NCBI GenBank assembly: GCA_002306745.1
Contig: DBSW01000155.1
Coordinates: forward strand, 1-57,208
Origin: Dehalococcoidia bacterium UBA1332
Lineage (GTDB): Bacteria; Chloroflexota; Dehalococcoidia; Lucifugimonadales; Lucifugimonadaceae
Direction: 5' to 3'
Length of the DNA: 57,208 nt
In this document: positions 51,342 through 57,208 of the stretch, in pieces
Numbering within the stretch: the stretch's first letter is position 1
How the letters are laid out: each line of letters begins with the position of its first letter
Program-made: the position numbers and the translations under genes
Notes under the pieces: generated by a model
Databases searched by the model: none
Told to the model about the DNA's origin: nothing
The model's input: only the letters and a program-made list of their open reading frames with translations

Positions 51342-52424
51342 CTAAATAGCGGGGTGTATTTCTTCGACAGAAACCGGATAAACAGCCCCATCAATCGACA
51401 CAAGCTCGGCACCATCATTTTCGCTAACACCGATATTGGTCTGGGAACCATTTACAAAAAACGCCGTATCCTCAACAACGTCAACTATTGGCGTTCCTGC
51501 AAGCAGCTTCATTTTCTGATTAAGTGCGTCCTGAGCTTCTTCAACAGAAATTGACACAAATGACAATTCCATCCCGGGTTTAACCTGTCCAAGTATTGGT
51601 AAATCAACGCTGGCGACGGTCGCTATTTTTGCGTAACCACCTGTCGTCTGACGGTCTGCAAGTAAAACGATAGGCATACCGTCTCCTGGAATCTGTACTG
51701 ATCCATTAACCACAGCATCGGAAATAATGTCGTACACTCCAGACTTGCTTTCAATTACCGGACCATCGAGTCGTAGCCCCTGCCTATTTGACTGTTCAGT
51801 GATCGTGTATTCCGACTCGAGAAAAGTATGTATTCCGATATCCGAAAACAAATTGTCCTGAGGGCCCAAAACTACGCGTATAGCAAGTGAAGTCAGGTTT
51901 AGATCTGTAGTAAAATTCTGGGACAATCCAGAACGGGCAAACTTATCAGACTCACCTAAATTAAGAACATCGCCACTTTCGAGTTTTCTGCCCATTACGC
52001 CACCGATCTGCGAAGCAACATGCGTTGATCTTGACCCGAGAGTTTTCGGCACATCTATTCCACCAGCGATAGAAATGTAGGATCTTAACCCGTCGGTCGC
52101 CATTCCCAATTCCAGTAATGATCCAGTATGTGCAACATAAGAAACATTAGTACCTAGCAATACACCGTCTAGGGTGGCATATGTATTAGCACCGGTCAGC
52201 GCAAAAATGGTCTGCTTATTGAACTCTAGAGATAATCCTCCAATCATCACTTCTAGTCCAGCACGGTCCGACGAATTGCCAACAAGCCGATTACCTAAAA
52301 GCATAGAGTCAATGTCCACAGCCCCTGAAACTGAAACCCCCAAACTTTGAAAACCCGCCCTCCCCTGATCTTGAATCAAAGTCAAAGGACCCGGATCAAC
52401 AATTCGAATTGATCCGTTATTCAT
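51342..52424 (-). CDS. pxpC: 5-oxoprolinase subunit C / KipA-type carboxyltransferase domain with C-terminal extension
   Basis: PGPLTLIQDQGR, SGAVD, NRLVGN, GLRSY, GSRST, SNRQGLRL, GSVQIP.DG.PIVLLADRQTTGGY. Confidence 0.9.
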   Translation of the reverse strand: MNNGSIRIVDPGPLTLIQDQGRAGFQSLGVSVSGAVDIDSMLLGNRLVGNSSDRAGLEVMIGGLSLEFNKQTIFALTGANTYATLDGVLLGTNVSYVAHTGSLLELGMATDGLRSYISIAGGIDVPKTLGSRSTHVASQIGGVMGRKLESGDVLNLGESDKFARSGLSQNFTTDLNLTSLAIRVVLGPQDNLFSDIGIHTFLESEYTITEQSNRQGLRLDGPVIESKSGVYDIISDAVVNGSVQIPGDGMPIVLLADRQTTGGYAKIATVASVDLPILGQVKPGMELSFVSISVEEAQDALNQKMKLLAGTPIVDVVEDTAFFVNGSQTNIGVSENDGAELVSIDGAVYPVSVEEIHPAI

Positions 52425-53109
52425 GAGATGTCACTGGCACAAACCGTACACGAGATCCCGGTGTGATCTTTGACGGAGTGTGGCTACTAATATCGAATAA
52501 CTTGGTTACTGTACGACCAATAATCTGCCAACCGCCAGGACTTTCGTTGGGGTATACGCCTGTTTGCGATTCAGCTATTCCGACCGAACCTGCTGGAATT
52601 AGGATACGCGGAGTTTTGAGCCTTGGAGTAGCAATGCGGCTGTCAAGTCCTCCGAGATAAGGAAACCCTGGAGCAAATCCTATCATGTACACCCGATAGT
52701 CAACTGAACTGTGTATATCGACGACCTGTTCAATTGTCAGGCCAGCATGGTCAGCTACGTTTTGAATATCGGGACCTGCTTCACCCCCATAAACCACTGG
52801 CAACTCGATAACGACTGGGTTAAACACAATTTTTTCACCAACAACTTGATTTTCCAAAATGACGGTCAGCTGTTCAAACAGTACTCGAAAACTAGTAACT
52901 AATGGATCATAGTTCACTAAAAGAGATCGGTAAGTGGGTATAAATTCGCTAACACCTCGAAGGTTAGCACGCTTTATTTGTTCAACTAATGCATAAACAG
53001 AATCGTTGATCGCAACATCAATCTCAGCACCTAACTCTATTAGGATCGCAGAGTCACCCGCCGGGACTAGACGCGGAAAGACTTGCAGTTTGCTATCAGT
53101 CGCGTCCAA
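52417..53109 (-). CDS. pxpB: 5-oxoprolinase subunit B / KipI-type
   Basis: GDSAILIE, PTYRSLLV.YDP, PVVYGG..GPD, GFAPGFPYL, GSVGIA, YP.ESPGGWQIIGRT. Confidence 0.92.
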   Translation of the reverse strand: MDATDSKLQVFPRLVPAGDSAILIELGAEIDVAINDSVYALVEQIKRANLRGVSEFIPTYRSLLVNYDPLVTSFRVLFEQLTVILENQVVGEKIVFNPVVIELPVVYGGEAGPDIQNVADHAGLTIEQVVDIHSSVDYRVYMIGFAPGFPYLGGLDSRIATPRLKTPRILIPAGSVGIAESQTGVYPNESPGGWQIIGRTVTKLFDISSHTPSKITPGSRVRFVPVTSHE

Positions 53110-53110
53110 C

Positions 53111-53893
53111 TTAAATTCCTGATAAAAGTTCGTGCATAGGTGTCACTTCAACACCTGCTGATTCAAGAGTTGATCTAACACCGGCTGCCAGCTGAACCGA
53201 TCCATCTGTATCTCCATGTAAACAGATAGAATCTGCTGAAAAATCTATCTCAGTACCATCTACAGCATTCACTTTGCCTTCCGTAGCAAGTTTGAGCGAC
53301 CTAGCAATAACTTCATTGGGATCATGGACGACGGCACCCGGCTGAGAACGAGGAACAAGCGTCCCTTCAGGAGTTACAGCACGATCGGCATAACACTCTC
53401 TCGCGACTTTTACACCATGCGAACGAGCGATCTTCTCCCACTGTGATCCCGCCAAAACAACATGTATGAGGTCCCCATCGTAAGCCTTTACTGCTGCCAC
53501 AATTGCTTCAGCGATAGCCGCATCACGCACAGCCGTGTTATATAAGGCGCCGTGCGGCTTGACATGTTGAAGTTTTTTTCCAGGCGCAAATGCTGAAAGT
53601 GCGCCAATCTGGTACGTGACTGCGTTATAGACTTCGTCAGCAGTGAGGTCCATGTTACGTCGCCCGAATCCGGCAAGATCTGGATAAGCAGGATGGGCAC
53701 CGATGCCAACGTCATTTTTCACCGCCAACGAGACTGTTTTTGCCATCCAATCTGGATCTCCCGCATGAAAACCCGTAGCAATATTTGCGGACGTAATGTG
53801 CTTGACTATCTCACTATCTAGACCTAGCTCGTAACCAGCGAACGACTCACCAATATCTGCGTTAAAATCGATTTTTCCTACATTAGATGTCAA
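53111..53893 (-). CDS. pxpA: 5-oxoprolinase subunit A (LamB/YcsF)
   Basis: IDFNADIGE, ANIA.GFHAGD, GAHP.YPD..GFGRR, HVKPHGALYN, ICLHGD. TTG at 53893 with GGAG upstream preferred. Confidence 0.93.
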   Translation of the reverse strand: MTSNVGKIDFNADIGESFAGYELGLDSEIVKHITSANIATGFHAGDPDWMAKTVSLAVKNDVGIGAHPAYPDLAGFGRRNMDLTADEVYNAVTYQIGALSAFAPGKKLQHVKPHGALYNTAVRDAAIAEAIVAAVKAYDGDLIHVVLAGSQWEKIARSHGVKVARECYADRAVTPEGTLVPRSQPGAVVHDPNEVIARSLKLATEGKVNAVDGTEIDFSADSICLHGDTDGSVQLAAGVRSTLESAGVEVTPMHELLSGI

Positions 53894-53991
53894 TTTTTTA
53901 GCTCCGTTTGTAACCTTTCGTTGTATCAATGTAAATTTTTGAGGTAAATACAGATTTGTCTATTCCAATCAAAGGAATATTTGAACCTAAT

Positions 53992-55047
53992 TTATGGCAA
54001 ATACACCCTTCTACCTGTCTGCCATGACTCTTGAAGTGCGTCCGTAAATTCCATGTACTTCAATGAGTCTGTAAAATTCGATCGAGTTACTGGCTCAATC
54101 CCACGTATAGCGTTGATGAACTCTTCTTCAACACGCCACCCTCCGCGTTTTTCATTCGGCACATCGATCACACTCATTCCATCATCACCTCGGCGGCCTC
54201 CAGAAACTACCGGATCATTATCTAGGCCGGATGTAGCAATATGAATTGTTCCCTCTGTGCCAAATATCCAGATCTCGGTTGGTGGAACAAATGGACCCGA
54301 AACAGTGGTGACCGAAAGATTAACGTTTGCTCCTCCACCTAACGAATAAACCACATCAAGTTGATCAGGAATGGTCATCTCTTTGCGGGCTCCATCCCAT
54401 CCCCGACGATGAGGAACTCGAATCTGAGCATTTGCCGACACAGAACTGGCCGGTCCAATCAATCGCATAAGGTTCTCGTACCATATGCCAGTGGTCATGA
54501 CGTTATTCCCCGACAACTCACGCATATGACGCCAATGAGCTTCTTCGTCAGAGTTGGGAAAATTAGAGCCATCAGTTACTCGTGCATTTACGTTGATTAT
54601 TTCACCAACATACCCATCTGCGATCAAGTCGATCAGATGCTGTTCGCAAACCATTAGGTGAGGAGGTGGCACCACTTGCGTAATCAGATCAGGGTTAGCT
54701 ACTGAAGCAGCATACATATCGCGAGCCTCAGAAGCATTCATCGCCATACGTGCTTCACATAGAACATGCTTACCGTTATCGAGAGCAGTAAGAGTGACTG
54801 TGGAATGCATATATGGCCAAGTCCCAATACAGACGGCATCTACATCGGGGTCTTCTATCAAATCCAGCCAAGTGGGATACGCTTCTCCGAGTTCATACTT
54901 GTCAGCGGCCAAACGGCTAGACTCGATCGATCGGTTAGCCACCCCAACAAACTCAACACCCGGTTGTGACCTTAACCCAGGAATATGGCGTAACGCTGTA
55001 TTAGCACCTGCCCCAATGAACCCGACTTTTATCGTTTCCTCTGCCAT
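53992..55047 (-). CDS. Gfo/Idh/MocA-family oxidoreductase
   Basis: VGFIGAG, DAVCIGTWP..H, GKHVLCEARMA. Confidence 0.88.
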   Translation of the reverse strand: MAEETIKVGFIGAGANTALRHIPGLRSQPGVEFVGVANRSIESSRLAADKYELGEAYPTWLDLIEDPDVDAVCIGTWPYMHSTVTLTALDNGKHVLCEARMAMNASEARDMYAASVANPDLITQVVPPPHLMVCEQHLIDLIADGYVGEIINVNARVTDGSNFPNSDEEAHWRHMRELSGNNVMTTGIWYENLMRLIGPASSVSANAQIRVPHRRGWDGARKEMTIPDQLDVVYSLGGGANVNLSVTTVSGPFVPPTEIWIFGTEGTIHIATSGLDNDPVVSGGRRGDDGMSVIDVPNEKRGGWRVEEEFINAIRGIEPVTRSNFTDSLKYMEFTDALQESWQTGRRVYLP

Positions 55048-55196
55048 TTGGCGATATTCCTTCAATGTGAACGTGTATAAGTGATTTAAAACAACCACAA
55101 AAGCATAGCTTTGGTTTGAAGTTTACGTTAAATAAACAAAATCCAAAACCAGTTTCAATCAAAACGATACCGAACAAAAGTACAATATCAATATCA

Positions 55197-55541
55197 ATGA
55201 TGCCTAAATATTCGGGTGACTCTGCAAAGCCCATACAAGTTGATATGACAGCAATTGGAGTTAAGATCAGTTGGGACAACGGTCAGAACTGTACCTACCC
55301 TTACCGTTACCTGCGACTCCAGTGCGCATGCGCCGCCTGTATCGAAGAAATGACTGGACGTCCTATCTTGAACGTTGCACAGGTTCCAGAAGACATTATT
55401 GCGGCTGACTATCTAATGGTCGGAAAATACGCCATTCAGTTCTTATGGACGGATGGTCATGATTCAGGAATCTATCCATATGAAATGTTACTCAATTTAG
55501 CATCAAGAGATAATGCGGTTATCTGTGAAAGCCAGTCATAA
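55197..55541 (+). CDS. DUF971 (GBBH-like N-terminal) protein
   Basis: LRLQCACAAC, VGKYAI...W.DGHDSGIY. Start approximate. Confidence 0.8.
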   Translation: MMPKYSGDSAKPIQVDMTAIGVKISWDNGQNCTYPYRYLRLQCACAACIEEMTGRPILNVAQVPEDIIAADYLMVGKYAIQFLWTDGHDSGIYPYEMLLNLASRDNAVICESQS

Positions 55542-55543
55542 CG

Positions 55544-56080
55544 ATGACAAGGACAGTCGATCATCGCGATGTGATCCTTCAAGCCCTTCAAGATTACGGA
55601 CGTCAACTGGAACGAGTATTGTCAAATTTAGGGCAGATAGAAGCTAGATGGATGCCCACTTTGGAGTCAAACCATATCCTTTGGATCCTCTGGCACATGG
55701 GAAGAATGGAAGATATGTGGGCATGGTACCTGCGGGGTGGTGGAGAAAGTGCCTGGATCGAAGGCGGTTGGTCTGAATCAATAGGCATCGACGCTTCACG
55801 CAACGGGGTCGGAGATACGATCGGACAAGTACGAGATTTTCCAGAAATATCAGTTGATAAAATTTATGAATACTGGAAGGCATCGAGACACTTGTTGATT
55901 TCCGCTGTTGAAAGTGTCGGAATAAACCAGTTGAAAATTCAGCGTCCCGAAATCTGGACTCACGCGCCTAACAAAGCACCCACTCTTTTTTGGGTGCTCG
56001 GCAGGGTACCAGTAGAAAATAGCCAGCACACCGGCCAAATCGCTTACATCAGAGGTCTCTACGCAGCAAAATTCAAATAA
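55544..56080 (+). CDS. DinB/DUF664-family protein
   Basis: N.I.WILWHMGR.ED and C-terminal QHTGQIAYIRG. Confidence 0.75.
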   Translation: MTRTVDHRDVILQALQDYGRQLERVLSNLGQIEARWMPTLESNHILWILWHMGRMEDMWAWYLRGGGESAWIEGGWSESIGIDASRNGVGDTIGQVRDFPEISVDKIYEYWKASRHLLISAVESVGINQLKIQRPEIWTHAPNKAPTLFWVLGRVPVENSQHTGQIAYIRGLYAAKFK

Positions 56081-56153
56081 GTGAATTCATTAAGTAACCA
56101 TCATTAGAGTAGCCAGCTTTTACTTTGCGCCAGATCTATTAGGCAAATAAAGT

Positions 56154-56681
56154 CTAAATAGATTGATGTTGAATGTGATCCATAACTGAAAATTTAACCG
56201 CTATTGCAATTACAGATCTAAATCGTAAAACTGCCACCCGAACCCAAATCAACTTAAAACTCAGGCTTGTGAGCCCTCCCCACGACTGAGTGGCGTTAAC
56301 CAAGAAAAATGATCGAAACTGGACACTCCAACGGTCATCGATCTTTGTAAATATCGACAGCGTATCGAAACCGTTGTACTCAATTCCTTCGAGTGTTTGA
56401 CGAGATTGCCTGATCACCAAATGAACTTTTTCATCACCGACTTGCACCGGGGTGATTGATTTACTAATGGTTTTGTGCCAGCCTTCAGCGCTTAGCGCAG
56501 CCGACATATCAGCTTGCGGATGATAGAAGTCATCACTATTGACCCAAGTCTAAAAAGTACTGCCTGCAAGTCTCATGTGCGGGAAGTGTATTTCGGCGAT
56601 CATGCCATGGGTCTCTCGTTCATTGAAAGCCGTTGACCAGCGTTTGAAGGCATTAATTGCTTCTTCGGGCGAATTACTCAT
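56154..56681 (-). pseudogene. NTF2/SnoaL-like protein interrupted by an in-frame TAG
   Basis: MSNSPEEAINAFKRWSTAFNER..HFPHMRLAGSTF*TWVNSDDF..EGWHKT..GDEKVH..DRW reads in one frame with TAG at 56552-56550. Confidence 0.6.
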
Positions 56682-56810
56682 AAGTCCATCCTAATTAGCA
56701 TTCTCCTTGGAAAAGAGAATTGTAATTACGCAAACCGTAGCTAGTGACGATAACATGACGCAAGACTTTACAAGTTCTATCGAAGACAGTACTAGGAGGC
56801 TCATTACTAA

Positions 56811-57208
56811 ATGGCAAAACGAATTAACAGAGTCATCGAACTTATCGAAGCAGGCGAGCCTGTCTACTACACAGGCACTGGGGAACTCTCTTACGAAAAC
56901 GGTCTCAAACAAGCAAGTACTTGGGCTGATTTTCTAATTACTGATTTCGAACATCACGCATTTGACGTCGCGGGTTTAACTGAGTTTATGAAAGGCCTTG
57001 TAGATGGTGGTCCTACAAAGGCAGGCCACCGCACACCGGCCGTAATTTCAACTCTGCCATCTAATTGCCGAACGATTGAGGAAGTACGAGCAAACGCATG
57101 GCAAGTTCGTCAGGTCTTATCCGCCGGAGTTCACGGAATACTACATACCCACGCACGTCAGGCTGACGCCGTTCGAGCATTCATTGAAGAGTGTCGATAC
57201 CCATTTCA
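56811..57208 (+). CDS. HpcH/HpaI class II aldolase family, partial (runs off window)
   Basis: Own translation: MAKRINRVIELIE..ADFLITDFEHH..WQVRQVLSAGVHGIL..CRYP; AGGAGG upstream. Confidence 0.75.
   Translation, partial: MAKRINRVIELIEAGEPVYYTGTGELSYENGLKQASTWADFLITDFEHHAFDVAGLTEFMKGLVDGGPTKAGHRTPAVISTLPSNCRTIEEVRANAWQVRQVLSAGVHGILHTHARQADAVRAFIEECRYPF

Noticed and set aside
56550-56552. Pyrrolysine or stop-codon reassignment
   Set aside because: TAG is used as a normal stop by many genes here and no pyl genes are present in the window.
56707-56937. 76-aa plus-strand ORF from the ORF track
   Set aside because: It overlaps the better-supported aldolase frame starting at 56811, which has an RBS and family motifs.
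1-57208. CRISPR array, IS/transposase, integrase, prophage, rRNA
   Set aside because: I saw no periodic repeats, terminal inverted repeats or relevant protein motifs; nearly all sequence is explained by housekeeping or metabolic CDS.

Overview
A gene-dense, mostly core/metabolic bacterial chromosome segment with no mobile elements, rRNA, tRNA or CRISPR array that I can see. Gene content (orphan Thr/Pro-linker family-5 substrate-binding lipoprotein, NiSOD, HspR heat-shock locus, AhbAB fusion, many small catabolic paralogues) suggests marine Chloroflexota of the Dehalococcoidia/SAR202 type, but this is inference. In order: tam, two orphan ABC binding proteins, sufBCDSU, gatB, secG, a rifamycin-phosphotransferase-like PEP-utiliser, cysS-ispDF with two VTT/DedA paralogues, clpC/B-hspR-dnaJ divergent from hsp20, a squalene cluster (prenyl synthase, hpnG-like, yjbQ, hpnCDE), a siroheme/alternative haem cluster (ahbAB, sirC, hemC, cobA-hemD, hemB), aquaporin, a catalytically altered serine hydrolase, sodX/sodN, a PLP aldolase, monomeric IDH, a cupin plus ThDP enzyme, prpBCD, and a catabolic block. 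The best candidate for an undescribed system is at 49225-53893. There, pxpA-pxpB-pxpC (PxpBC being homologous to the urea-carboxylase carboxyltransferase) sits directly upstream of an OadG/biotin carrier/OadB Na+-pumping decarboxylase module that has no conventional alpha subunit. PxpC also carries an extra C-terminal tail resembling the N-terminus of the biotin carrier. All calls are from motif recognition; no database searches were run.
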